Shown piece by piece: positions 50,890 to 64,000 of a stretch of 64,000 nt of DNA (position 1 is its first letter; each line of letters opens with the position of its first letter). The DNA lies in the NCBI GenBank assembly GCA_951406725.2, contig OX597823.1, positions 115,940,001 through 116,004,000 on the forward strand, given 5' to 3'. The notes below the pieces were generated by a model, which was not told the DNA's origin, did no database searches, and saw only the letters and a program-made list of their open reading frames with translations. Source of the stretch: Octopus vulgaris. Taxonomy: Eukaryota. A program made the position numbers and the translations under genes.

Positions 50890-52870
50890 ACTAACATATC
50901 TGTTCATTCTTCATACATTCTGGCAGATTGAAATTCGAATATTGGATTGCTTTTATTATTCACAATTAGTGAACATCCCCCTTAAAGATATACGTGTTCA
51001 TAAAACACTTGATTCAGTGGTAATAAGAAAAGCTCAAGTCATCTTGATCTTTTGATTTTGATGTGCATCTCTTCTGTCACAGCAAACCCCAGATCAATTA
51101 ATTAATGGTATGAACACGAGTTTTATGCCACTCTATGGAGTAGCGTATTTCCCAGATCGGTGCTGATGTTGCAGGCAAAATGATTTAAAGAATTCTTCTG
51201 CATTCAGCTTAGCTATTGACAAATTCATAGATATACAATCCAACTGATAACTGACAGTATTTCTTTAAATAAATGGTGTGTGGTGTTAACATTAACAATG
51301 TGCTTGGCAGAACTTTAATAAAACACTTGGTTCACTGGTAATAGGAAAACCTCAAGACATCGTGATGTTTTGATCTCTTCTGTCATGGCAACCCCAGATC
51401 AATGAATCTCACAAGAGCCTAACTTCTTGTTTATAGGAATAAACAAATAATTTACTGACATATACAGATGTCTGTCAAACAAATGATAATTCATGGAAAG
51501 CACACAAAACAGTGAGAATTCAAACAGTGATATGTCTATCCGTCCTTAAAATACATTCTAGCAGATTGAAACGTGAATATCTAATCACTGTGGTTATTTA
51601 TAACCAGCCCACTTATGCGTGCCTTTTCTTCATTGGACACTAAACTCTGCTTGCGAAGACCAGTTGAGACAAGTGAAATCGAAGTCGAAATCAAATTCAG
51701 TGACTGGTATCCGTTGCTAGTGGAGCACTAAGAGTACCATACGAGTGACATCGTTGCCAGAGCAACAAGCTGGCCTTCGTGCCAATGGCTCGTTAAGCAC
51801 ACCATTCAAATGTGATCATTACCGCGTCACCTTACTAGCACTTGTGCTGGTGGCATGTGAAATATTCGAGCGAGGTTGTCACCAGTGCCACTGGACTGGC
51901 TCCTGTGCAGGTGGCACGTAAAAAGCACCATTTGGACGTGGCCGTTGCCAGTACCACCAAACTGGCCCTCGTGCCAGTGGCACATAAAAGCATCCACTAC
52001 ACTTTCGGAGTGGTTGGCATTAGGAAGGGCATCCAGCTGTAGAAACTCTGCCAGATCAGATTGGAGTCTTGTTCGTCAGACCTCAGTCAAATCATCCAAC
52101 CCATGCTAGCATGGAAAGCGAACGTTAAATGATGATGATGATGATGATAGAACATTGTGTTCCTTAAAGTGACATGTTTACATAATACTCATGATTAATC
52201 AGTGTCAAGGGACTTTGAGATACTGCATTGTTTCGACCTTGTTGTACATCTCTTCAGTTGAAGCTACATTGGACCAATGAATCTTGTTAGAAAAGGAACT
52301 TTCATTCATTGGATTCAGCAAACAAACTATTTGTTGTGTGTAAATGTCTGCCAAACTGATACAGACTATGAAGTCAAAACGTAGTAGTGTCTCAAGGTCT
52401 CCTTATACTGGTGAACTGTGTGTTATTAAGGGAAAAGACATTCTTTGATAGTGAATAACAATAGTGGTCAGATATCCATGTTTGAATCTGCCAGAACATA
52501 TTAAGAATGAATAGATATGCAAGTGTTTGAATTCTCATTGTTCTGCATGCACTCCAAGAATTGTTATCCGTTTGGCAGATATTTGCACTCAATAACAAAG
52601 AATTTGCTTGTTGATTCCTACAAATAAGAGCTTATGTTCTTGTGAGACTCATCAGTCTTAGCTAATTTCAACTGATGAGACAAACAAGGATGTCAAAACA
52701 CTGCAATGTCTCTAAGTCCCCTTACACCTGATAAATCACATATTCTATGAACAGACATTATCTAAAGAGAGGAAGCATTCTCTGCTAGTGAATAACAATA
52801 TTCACATTTGAATCTTCCAGAATGTTCTACAAATAAGTAGATTCCTTATTGTTTGGATTCTCACCTTGAA
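50890..52870. repeat. Decayed array of about 315-bp monomers, each with an HHR-like motif (three minus, two plus): retrozyme-like
   Basis: HHR-like motifs at 51033-51080, 51351-51385, 52214-52262 (-) and 52352-52396, 52667-52716 (+); monomers also share TGAATCTGCCAGAA..AAGAATGAA.AGATATG and GTGAATAACAAT. Confidence 0.7.
51602..52148 (+). mobile_element. RTE-like 3' tail inserted into the array
   Basis: Tandem GTGCC..GGCAC units, shared tail, (GAT)n. Confidence 0.88.
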
Positions 52871-53004
52871 TGAAAGTTTTTATGCTTTTATTCATAATTG
52901 TGTTTCAAAGTATTTATAAAGCCTGAGATATAAACGACAAATAAGGCAAAAGTTTACCAAGTTTAATGTGGAATGGAAAACTTCCCTTCATCAGCAACAC
53001 CAGT

Positions 53005-53378
53005 GGAGGCGCAATGGCCCAGTGGTTAGGGCAGCGGACTTGCGATCGGAGGATCGAGGTTTCGATTCCCAGATCGGGCGTTGTGTGTGTTTATTGAGCG
53101 GAAACACCTAAAGCTCCACGTGGCTCTGGCAGGGGGTGGTGGTGATCCCTGTTGTACTCTTTCGCCCCAACTTTCTCTCACTCTTTCTTCCTGTTCCTTG
53201 TCCCCGACTTCCTACACAACCGCTGAGCCTGGATGTGCATTCATCCATCCGTTGATGCTCTCGGTGTCGGGGGTTGACCTGCTTTCTCTTCTGCGGGTCT
53301 TACGAATGGCAAAGGATCACGTATCGGACTTCTTCCACTGGGACGAAGACTGCTTCGCTCAACAAACAAACAAACAAA
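53005..53378 (+). mobile_element. tRNA-derived SINE family E, (AAAC)n-tailed variant
   Basis: GGAGGCGCAATGGCCCAGTGGTTAGGGCAGCGGAC..GGTTTCGATTCCC; head shared with 57751 and 62000. Confidence 0.85.
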
Positions 53379-54829
53379 TCAGCATCACCAATATTATGAA
53401 TCTGGTTTCAAATTTGTAATCGTCATTGTATTTGCCTTTCTTACAATTTTATGACACCATCTTCCTTCATAAAATGTTCATAGATGCTTGTATACAAAAC
53501 TTTGTCAGAAGTTCCCCAGCACCAGTAATCTTGTATTTCAAAATCATTACACTGTTTATTTTGTCTAGACCCAGGTCAACCCTCATGAAAGACTTTCTAT
53601 CCATGATCATCCAGTCTTTTTCCTACATACAAATGGTAGAAGATTATTTGAGGCTGCTATTTCTAGTAGCTCAAGCCTCCATATAGAGGCTCACATTTCA
53701 AAAACTTTAAAACGTGGAATTGTTTTAGTGACAAGTGAAATGTTCCATGGGCTGTGCAATAATTAATGTTTGAATAGAAACTGGCAGTTTTAACACAACA
53801 AAACCTATTGAAGTTCATAAAACGGTTTTTAAATTATTGATCAGAAGTATTGAAATTTCAGTTTGAGTGTTTAGGATCCAATTTAAACCTCAATATGTAT
53901 AATTTGTGTTTATGTATTAACATAAACCAGTTGAGTTATTGACTTACAGAATGTTTTCATTTCAGTCTATTATGTTACTTTGCATTCCACTATGTATATG
54001 ACACATAAGATTAAGCCTCAGATGCACCAAAATCTTTGTCCCTTAATATCAGTCTTCAATGATGGGCTTCTTTCAATTTCTGCCTACCAAATCCACCCAC
54101 TAGGCTTTGATTGGCCTGAGATTATTGTAGAAGAGATTTGCTCAAAGTACCACGCAGTGGGACTGAATCTGGACCCATTTGGCTGGGAATCAAATTCCTT
54201 ACCATACACTTGCACCTCCACCTAATATGTAAATGCTATTTTCCTGAACAACCAACTATATTTATACCACATAAATCTCATCTGAATTTAAATTTACTTT
54301 TCAACATGAATTTTTTCTAGTATGGTTGTCTTTGAGTGTAGAATTAGCTGAGTATCGCCCTCTGTTTAGCCACTGGCTGTGAGTGAGCACAACTCAGATT
54401 AAGAAGATGCTGCTAAATTGAAAGGTTAATTGGTGAACAAGTATTTCTGTGTGAGAGTGAAATCTATTTATATTACCGAATACAAGAGGTATAGATGCCT
54501 TTCAGAAACCATTTTGGTTTCCTTTGTATATTCTTTTATCCTACAGCAGAAATGTTTAGAGATACTTCTGAAAAATCAATCTTGAATTATTTCTTTGAAT
54601 CTTAGTGTAATAAAAGCATCTCTTTAATATATTCTTCGCTAAAATACAAGATATTTCTGCTGATAGAAATCATTTGACTTCAAACAGTGAGGAGTCTTAT
54701 CTTTCCTTTATTTTTCAACTTCTTTCAGATAAGAAAAACAATTCCACATTTCAAAATATAAAGTTTTGAAATAAGACATCGATTTTATGGGAAAACTAAG
54801 AAGCATGTTGGTAGTGTGTCTACATATAC

Positions 54830-55250
54830 GTAAAGTACTATGTACATACTATTATAAAATAGTATCACTCTCCTTGTATATACTACACTATATATTACTA
54901 CTTATACATACTGAACTATGTATTGTTACAGCATCTTTCTATACATACCATTACTATCTATATGCTTCCTTATATATATATTGTACTATGTTTACTTAAA
55001 CAGACTGTACTGTCTTTACATTGTAGTATATCACTGTATATGTTCTGTACTATATACTATTGTTAAGTGCCGCATTATACAATCAGTACTATATGCTGTT
55101 ATAATATACTTCATCCTATATTCAGCATTATATACGTTATATACAATTTAATGTGTTACTTTTGTACTATATCTATTTCTATATACTGTACTATGTATTG
55201 TTATAAGTACGTCTCCTTCTGTATACTGTAATATGTATCATTATGGCATA
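54830..55250. repeat. Degenerate AT-rich minisatellite
   Basis: Recurrent TATACTGTACTATGTATTGTTATAAG-like unit of about 40 bp. Confidence 0.55.
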
Positions 55251-56126
55251 TCTCTTTGCTTTTCAGACATAGCAGTAATCTATAATTAGTTTCTCTGAAA
55301 AAACATCATTAAGTAAAAAATAACTGGTTATGAATTTTATAGCAGGTGTTACTATCAAACTGAAATATAGAAATTTTATTAAAATAAACACGTTAATTAT
55401 AAGCGTGTCCAAGGACAAAGTAGGGAAACGCTGTAGTTGTTAGATACAGTGAAAGCAGTGTTTATATTTATTCCTGTAATACATACTTTGGCCGAGGGAG
55501 CCAGTTACGAATAGGAAATGATTCAGTCTTGTATTGTATTGATTTTATTTCTAGCTAAGTGTTGCTCAACTGGTTTAGTAGTTAAAAATATTGATTTCAT
55601 GCAACAGTAAAAATGGCTTAGCACTTGCATACTTATCTTCTCTGACCTCTTTTGTCATGTGACATGCTTGCTAGCAGGGAAATATTCTCAGCCAACTAGC
55701 ATGATTATTTCACAATATTAACGCACCATTGATGGACTTTCTAGTCACTCAGTGGGGGAGTAAGAAAAGAACCGAGTTTATTCAATCACATTACTACAAA
55801 CGTAAATATTCTTTGATTGTGAAAGTAGGAGTGAAAGAAACCCAACAATGCCTTTTATTATTGTTGTTGCTGTTGTTGCTATTGTTGATATTAAGTAATT
55901 GTAGTGAACTCTGCTTGAGTAGCCATTAAGAACTCATCTTAAACCGATAAATTCCAATATAAAAATGCTTTACACCAGTCTCCCTCAAACTTTTTCACTC
56001 CATTTCAGTTTTCATAAGCAAAACAGGAAGAATGACTTACAAATGCGCATCCTCATCTCTTCCCACCATGAATTGACAAAGTTTGTATATAACATATACA
56101 TATATACATATATATATGTCCAACCC

Positions 56127-56199
<73 letters not shown>

Positions 56200-56539
56200 T
56201 GGTGGTGTGATTCCCTTCATGGGACTGTCACATTAAGTTGACAGTATGCAACTGCTCTATCATTAGCACCACTGCTTATATCTCTTTGAGAGATTTAGAA
56301 ATGTAATATTTATATATATATATATATATATACTGTATATATCCAAATGGTGATTAAATTAAAGCTTTATTGCAAATTTTATTTACTTGTTACTTATTTC
56401 TCTGCCCCAACCCCTGCCATTTTCTGCCCCAACCGCTGCCACTTTGAAGTGACAACATTCAGCTTTGGAAAACACTTCTTTACAGTGTAAACAGCATTCT
56501 GTTGCCTCTCACTGATCCTCTCATGTTTTTGTCACACTG

Positions 56540-57750
56540 AATATAAAGACTGGAAAGTTGTGATGAGCAGGGTAGCTGGTCTCCCTCAGAAAATGGTTGA
56601 GGAATTTATGTGGAATGTTGTGCTGGAATGGCTGATGTGCTCATTGCTTCAGTGCTGTACTGGAATTTCACCATCTTGCCTTGATCCAGGAAATATCTGG
56701 TCAGACTGGAGCACACATGTTTTACAAATATTGTGGAAGGGAAAGGTTCTGCTTGTCAGGAGATCTATATGCTGCCAGCTCCCTTCACATTGGGACTCAG
56801 AATGGTGGGATTGGTGATGTGAAAACACCAATGACGGTCACCTTTGTGTAACATTCTTTTCTACAACTCATCTCTGACTGATTTGCAGCCTGAGTATTTG
56901 GTGTCTAGAATGTTGCCTATGCCCTCTCCGCATTCTGCTGGCTGGATCCTGTGATTGGAGACAAAGTCAACCCTCATATTGCATTGTGGGTTATGGAAGG
57001 CAGAAGTGACAATGGCCTCAGAGATATTTTAGACTTTGGCAAAAACAGTTTGAATCATTTCTTCTGGAGGACCTTCAGAAAGCCAGGGTTTATGAATAAT
57101 CTCCTACAGTACTTGGCTATTAATATATAGACCAAGAAAATAACAACAAGAAAGGGGAGCTTTGCTTGTTCAGGATAAACTCTTGTCTCAGGGGTATGAT
57201 GGAGTTACCAGTGATCAAACCTTTCCAAGATGCAAGAAAGGGGATGATGCTGTTTAGCATTCATTCATTCAATGGATGGGCATTGTTTTGGTTTTAATGC
57301 GAATAGCTTTTATCCTTTGCAAGAAAACTGTTTACCAAATCTATTGCAAATATTAACTATCAACCCACCACCTTCTTTCAGCCAGGATGTGCAAATAGTT
57401 TGTCTCTGCCTCGAGGCTATGATGAAAGAATTTGTGCGATGTAAACTGTAGAAGAGACTGAGAACAGACCAAGCCCTCGTCAATATCTCCAAATACGTCT
57501 TAAAGGAAAATGGTGAGGGTAGAGAGGGAGGTGCCGCCCTTCGGTAAATTTTATGGGAAGTAGATGAGCATGACAAATTGGTGTTAATAAGGTCCTACAC
57601 TTTGTGGCTTTAGGCTGGTGGCAAGAAGAGGGAAAAGATAATGCTTCGTGGAAAAACCAAGGTTGTGCGAAAGATTGTATGAATCACTATGTATGGCAAA
57701 TTTCACCATTTGCGAGATCTTTTTTGTTATGTTGTTGTATATTGTTACCT
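56540..57750 (-). mobile_element. Old LINE reverse-transcriptase remnant (I/Nimb-like)
   Basis: TIYNNITKKISQMVKFAIHSDS (degenerate YADD region), FLGLYINSQ (YLG motif), GVFTSPIP (GAFRTSP motif) in the expected order. Confidence 0.5.
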
Positions 57751-58060
57751 GGAGGTGTAATGGCCCAGTAGTTAGGGCAGCAGACTCACGGTCGTAGGAT
57801 TGCGGTTTCGATTCCCAGACCGGGCATTGTGAATGTTTATTGAACGAAAGCACCTAAAGCTCCATGAGACTCCGGCAGGGAGTGGTGGCGATCCCTGCTG
57901 TACTCTTTCACCACAACTTTCTCTCACTCTTTCTTCTGTTGGCCTGCTCGCTTAACCAGTGGGGTGGCATCATTTGAAGGCTAAAACAATGCGAAGCGCA
58001 TTGTGACCAGCGATGTGTAGTAACATCTGATAGCCTGGTCGGTCATGTGATCATGTGATA
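57751..58060 (+). mobile_element. Family E SINE
   Basis: Same head as 53005 with a different tail, which recurs inverted at about 59430-59545. Confidence 0.85.
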
Positions 58061-60319
58061 CTGTTACCTATCTATTAGTTTGTCTTTGTTGTTGTTTATG
58101 TCTTTTATTCTATGTAAATATCTTACACTTTCTTATATGATGTTTTCTTTTGTATTTCATCTTTGTTTTGCCTCCATCCATCCATCCATCCATCCATCCA
58201 TCCATCCATCCTTCTCCATCCATCTATCATCTCTGCCCACTATTCTCTGGGGGATGGGATTGTGAGGATAGAGCCCTCTGGCTTCTCTTCCATAGGATCT
58301 TATCAGAAGCAACAATCATTAGACATGCCAGCCTGGAAAGCAGACATTAAACGATGATGATGTATGTATGTATACATACACACACATACAAATGGTCTTT
58401 TTAAGGTACTGTTTACTAACTCCACTTACAAGACTTTGTCCAGGGTGCCTTGCAGTGGGACTGAACCTGAAACCACATGGTTGGGAAGGAAACTTCTTTA
58501 CCACATAGTCATACTGCTCCTTTAGATGTAGTTTGTCTTGGTTAAGACTGGGCAGCCAGAGACCAATATGGTTGCTTCTTAGTTCACAATTACTATGTAT
58601 TCTAGAGTTACCGTATTCTGATTTCTTCAATATTCTTAGCAGCTTCTCGTAGAAAAGTATTGATATTTTACCCCATTTAAAAATCTTTTAGTCTCAGGTC
58701 TGCATCCAGCATTTTTCTCCTTGTATTCAGCATCATTTAATTTAGCATCTGTTTTCCATTCAGGCATGGGTTGGCTCCATTTGTCTCTTTTGGCAGGGTT
58801 TCTAAAGCTCGATGCCCTTCCTAACACTAACCCCTTTACAGAGTGTGCTGGGAGCTTTTTATGTGGCACATTTCAACTTTTGTGTTCAGTCTTGTTGGGT
58901 ATCAGCTTTTCTTTTATTCTTTTATACATTACAGCTCTAAGTCTGTGGTCATGCTGGGGCACCAGGGGCATTTATTGCCATTATTTTAATAATATATCAT
59001 TTTGTAGTCCTGTTTTCAGTTTAGATGTTCATATTTTTTGTCATCTCAACTATTTCTAGAGTTGATATTTCTTCTTCCCCACCAGCAATTGCATAGGGAC
59101 TACATTTGTTTTATCTTTCATTTCGCTGAAGTATTGCCTTGGAGGGTTTTCAATCAAAGGAAATGGCCCCTGCCCCAATACTTACTTTTTAATGCTTAGC
59201 ACTTATTCTATTGCATTTATATATTTTCTTATATATATATATGTATATATATATATACACATATACATACACATAGGCATAGGGGTGGCTGTGTAGTAAG
59301 AAGCTTGCTTCCCAACCATATGGTTCTGGGTTCAGTACCACTGCATGGCACCTTGGGCAGGTGTCTTCTACTATAGCCTCAGGCCGATCAAAGCCTTGTG
59401 AGTGGATTTGGTATTATATATATATATATCACATGACTATGTGATTGACCAGACTATCAGAAGCTGTTATACATCGCTGGTCACAATGCACTTTGCATTG
59501 TTTTAGTCTTTGAATGACACCATCCTGCTGACTAGGCAAGCAGTTTAACATTCCTCACCTTTTTGAAAGCGGAAAAGTAGCAATGTAAAATTATGTGTTT
59601 TCTTCAAGAACACAATGTGCTGCACAGCCTGGGAACTGAACCCATGGTCTTTTGATCATGAGTGAAACACCCTAACCACTAAGCCAAACATCTTCACGTG
59701 CACACACACACACACACACATATGGGCTTCTTTCAGTTCCCATCTACCAAATCCATTCACAAGGCTTTGGATATCTTGGGGCTTTGGCCACACAGTAGGA
59801 CTGAACCTTGAACCATGTGGTTGGGCAGCAAGTTTCTTACCTCAGAGCCACACCTACACCTTGCTTAAAACATTCTGCCGATTCTTTTGCTGCCCATACT
59901 CTTTCTCTAAATTCTTCTACTTCCTTTGGTGTTAATACTGCATTTAATTCTATCCCACTTGTATCTAGTTCTTGACAAAATCAGTTTGGATTTGAATCAA
60001 ACTGTTTGTTTTGTTCAAAGAGCTCATATTCCAGGATCTTTTTGTTTTATTTTTGAATCTTTTTTTTTTAACTGTAGTTGTCTTTTGTTTTTCACTTGTG
60101 TCTTCCTTTACATTATTGATTTCATTAAGGAGAGAATGATCTTTTTCCTTCTGCTTTCTAACCTCTTCTGCGTGTTCTTCGCTTGGGTTTTATATCCCTC
60201 TACAAGTAGATCTGAGGGAGTATCCAGTTTCTTTTATGACTATGATGGCTGCATATATTATTTACTTTATCTTTCTGACACCATCATCATCATCATCATC
60301 ATCATTGTTATCATCATGT

Positions 60320-60925
60320 GACAAACTGGCAGATTCATTAAAGTGTCAGAAAAATGTGCTTTGCAGCATCTGTTCTGGTTCATTATGGTGTGAGTTCAAA
60401 ACCTGCCTAGGCTAACTTTGCCTTTATCACTCCAAGGTCAACAAAACAAAGTACCAATCAAGAACTTGAGTCAATGGTCTCAATTAGTACCTTGCTCTCT
60501 TAACTGCTGGCCCGGTGCCTAAATTAGGAACAGTTATTATTACTATTAAGGCAATGGACCAAATGTTCTGAGTTCAAATGCTGCTGTGATTGACTTTACC
60601 TTTCATCCTTTCAGGGTCAATGCAATAAGTACCATTTAAGCACTTGAGTCAATATAACTGATTAGCAATCTCCTCCAAATTGCTGGCCTTGGGTTAAAAT
60701 TAGAAATAATAATCCTTTCTACTGAAGGCACAAGGCCTGAAATTTGGGAAAGGGGTATAGTTGATTACATTAATCCCAGTACTCAACTGGTATTTAGTTT
60801 ATCGACCCCGAAAGGATGAAAGGCAAAATCGACCTCGGTGGAACTTGAACTCAGAACGTAAATGCAAAACAAATGCCGCTAAGCATTTTGCCCAGTGCAC
60901 GAACAATTCTGCCAGCTCACCACCA
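60320..60925. mobile_element. Cluster of three family B SINEs (two +, one -)
   Basis: B cores at about 60390 (+), 60565 (+) and 60720-60925 (-). Confidence 0.75.
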
Positions 60926-61999
60926 AAAAACAAACAAAAAAATAGAATTAATATTAACATTAATTGTTGTTGTTGTTACTGCATTTTGAGATTTATATGT
61001 CTCCTCCTCCTCTTATAATCCTGAATTCTTGCTGTTATCTCAATGTGCAAACATGGAATCACATTTCTTCTTTCTTCTTTACCATATTTCTTTTTTCATG
61101 TCAGACATAAAGTTTAAAGATTCCATCAGAAGTTAGTAATGTTTAATCTCTGTGGCTAAATGATGTGTGTGCTAATACGTATGCCAGGATTTAACTATTA
61201 CACAGAAGATTAAATTATTTCTCTCAATTAATTATTCATACTCTGGAAGAGAAAACCTCATAACAATATTAACCTGTTTCATTTAAAATAGTTTCATTTT
61301 GGTGGACCCAGATGAACCAGTCTTGACAGAAATGCAATGGTGAAGGTGTTGGTGGCAGTGGTAGGAGCAGTTGATGGTAGTGGTGATGGTAATGAGGTGA
61401 TCTTGATGATAGTGCAATCATTAGACTGGTTTAATTTATCAGTTTGGTTTTAATGTTTTACTAAATTAAATGATTTTCCAGTTTCGTGTCATCATGTGTA
61501 TTCGCCAGATATATTAGGTAAAGGGAAAATTGATGTAGCAGATAAATAGTTTAAATGTGGTGTAATTAATTTAGTGAATATTTAACTGTGATAGGTAATT
61601 ATCTGGTTAAACTACTACAGATGGTCTAACTTTTATTATTACCAACATAATATTGTGTTCTTCAGAAGTTTTATAAACCAGTTAGTATGCCTTTCGTTTC
61701 CTATCTATTTATGACCTTCCTGTATTTGATAGAACATTTATAATGTCATTACATTTGACTATGATGTCGCTATGATATTTAACTGTTATCTTTATGATAT
61801 TTAACTATGGTGTCTCTGTATTCCTCTATGATCTCAATATAATAACTTAGCTATGATGTCACGATATTTAAATTTGATGTCGTTTTACATTTGCTTCATT
61901 TCTACCTTTCCTATGCTTAAATCTGCCCCCACCCCCACCACTACCCCCACATTTTGACTGATTTTTTTTTCCCTGAAGATTTTACTTTTTTTTTCCCAA

Positions 62000-62570
62000 C
62001 AATGGCCTAGTGGTTAGAGCAGCGGATTCGTGGTCAAGGGATCACATGTTCGAATCTCAGACAGGGCGATGTGTGTGTTTATGAGTGAAACACCTAAGCT
62101 TCACATGGCTCCGGCAGAAGGTAATAGTGAACTTCTGCTGACTCTTTCACCACAACTTTCTCTCACTCTTTCCTCAGGTGCTACCAACCACAGGGTTCTG
62201 GGTTCAGTCCCACTGTGTGGCACTTTGGGCAAGTGTCTTCTACTATAGCCTCGGGCTGACCAAAGCCTTGTGAGTGGATTTGGTAGACGGAAACTGAAAG
62301 AAGCCCATTGTATATATGTATGTATATATATTTATGTATGTATGTGTGTGTATATGTTTGTGTGTCTGTCTGTTTGTCCCTCCAACATTGCTTGACAACC
62401 GATGCTGGTGTGTTTGCATCCCTGTAACTTAGCGGTTCGGCCAAAGAGACCAATAGAATTAGTACTAGGCTTTGAAAGAATAAGTTCTGGGGTCGATTTG
62501 CTCAACTAAAGGTGGTGCTCCAGCATGGCCACAGTCAAATGACTGAAACTAGTAAAAAAGTAAAAAAAAG
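62000..62570 (+). mobile_element. Family E SINE head fused to a family A SINE
   Basis: E-type 62000-62175, A-type from about 62180 to the A-rich tail. Confidence 0.8.
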
Positions 62571-62810
62571 AGAATCTTCTAACATAATATTCTTGCTTGA
62601 ATTTTCCTTTTGATTCATAGAACTTTTATCTCGGAGTCTAATTCAATTTTGCTGTGTTGATGGTAAATTCATATTGACTCATGTGGATTTAAACTTTCAG
62701 TTAACAATCCAATGGAAATCTTCCTTAATGGTCAAATGACTTGATCGATATTGTTAGTTGATTTGCTCAATATAACTGCTAAATTTGCTCCAATCAATTT
62801 TATACAGGCC

Positions 62811-63454
62811 TTAATACTTCAACATTTAAATCGTCCATATCAGGCCCAAACATTCTATTTGTTTTATATTCAAACTGTTTAAATCCAGCCTCTCACACTG
62901 ATCCTTCGATGTCATTCTAAAAATAAACATAGGCGCAGGAGTGGCTGTGTGGTAAGTAGCTTGCTAACCAACCACATGGTTCCGGGTTCAGTCCCACTGC
63001 ATGGCATCTTGGGCAAGTGTCTTCTGCTATAGCCCCGGGCCAACCAATGCCTTGCGAGTGGATTTGGTAGATGGAAACTGAAAGAAGCCTGTCGTATATA
63101 TGTATATATATATATGTATGTGTGTTTGTGTGTCTGTGTTTGTCCCCCTAGCATTGCTTGACAACCGATGCTGGTGTGTTTACGTTCCCGTAACTTAGCG
63201 GTTCGGCAAAAGAGACCGATAGAATAAGTACTGGGCTTACAAAGAATAAGTATTGGGGTCAATTTGCACGACTAAAAGGCTGTGCTCCAGCATGGCCGCA
63301 AGCAAATGACTGAAACAAGTAAAAGAGTAAAAGAGAGTAAAGAGTAATCGCATCATCAGAATTTCAAAGCTATCAGATAATACACAATTAATTCAAAACA
63401 ATGTGAATAAATAAGCATCATATTTGACAGAATAATCTGAATGCCAAAGGGTAC
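62811..63454. mobile_element. Second piggyBac-like MITE family, interrupted by a SINE
   Basis: TTAA-TACTTCAACATT ... AATGCCAAAGGG-TACA (decayed CCCTTTAGCATT ends); related fragment at 23370-23490. Confidence 0.6.
62931..63347 (+). mobile_element. Full-length family A SINE
   Basis: Colinear with 30861-31272; (AGTAAAAG)n-like tail. Confidence 0.9.
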
Positions 63455-63478
63455 ATGTTGATGTTGGATCTTAGAATA

Positions 63479-63707
63479 TTAACCCTTTTGTTACCATATT
63501 TATTTTGAGATGTTCTCTGTTTCTTTCAATTACTTTAAATATAACAAAGAATTTAGTAAAATAACTTGGTTATCATTGAGCTGGTGTTAAGAACGTAAAT
63601 TGTGACTAAGGTTTGGTGGAAGATTTTAATTCAAAACTTACGAAAACAAGAAATTTGTAATACAGAGCCAGAGCTGGTTTCAGCCGGGTTGGGATTGGAA
63701 GGGTTAA
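63479..63707. mobile_element. piggyBac-type MITE, second copy
   Basis: TTAA-CCCTTTTGTTACC ... GAAGGG-TTAA, colinear with 4582-4810. Confidence 0.85.
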
Positions 63708-64000
63708 AGCTACAATTAAAGTAGAATCTCAGCTGGTCAATAAGGTTTAACTCACAGGGACATATTGGTCAGTTTATATGTTGGACCTGTCAGTAATACA
63801 ATCCTAAACATTGAATCAGTTTTTTTTTCCTGTCTCAGGCTATTCTTGTGTTCTTTGATTTCTAAAGCTATATATTTCTCTTTCCTTACTATTTAAACAC
63901 AGACTGTTTAGCTCTGTCCTATTTTTATCACCCTACCATTTGGTCAGTTATTATTCTTTGGCACTGCATCTTTTTCATTTTCATCTAGGTTTGGTTTCTA

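Noticed and set aside
52630-52660. Antisense CTGATGAGTC inside an array monomer, suggesting ribozymes in both polarities
   Set aside because: No GAAA follows and the other monomers read CAATGAATC here.
53005-53080. tRNA gene candidates (also 17334, 57751, 62000)
   Set aside because: A/B boxes are present, but there is no closing acceptor stem and each continues into a shared SINE body.
63970-64000. Acceptor-like site at the window end as the next AGBL4 exon
   Set aside because: The phase-2 reading gives R-F-G-F, not the expected R-C-S-L-M-G-F; too little sequence to judge.

Overview
AT-rich, microsatellite- and transposon-saturated animal genomic DNA. The repeat repertoire (tRNA-derived SINEs, RTE tails ending in (GAT)n, mariners, Penelope-like elements) looks like an octopus/coleoid cephalopod genome; this is inferred from repeat style, not from a search. 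The only host-gene sequence I can support is one 115-bp internal exon (12984-13098, +) of a cytosolic carboxypeptidase most like AGBL4/CCP6, so almost the whole window is probably intron of that gene. Nearly all ORFs in the supplied track are microsatellite or repeat artefacts. The rest is mariner, hAT, piggyBac- and Helitron-type DNA elements, RTE/CR1/R4-Dong/I-group LINE remnants, a Penelope-like element and at least four SINE families. The most unusual signal is non-coding: type I hammerhead-ribozyme (HHR) motifs from about five sequence-unrelated repeat families. These include two inverted-repeat pairs and a decayed array of about 315-bp monomers (50.9-52.9 kb) that resembles a retrozyme. 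Coordinates were read by eye; the ends of old repeats are approximate.
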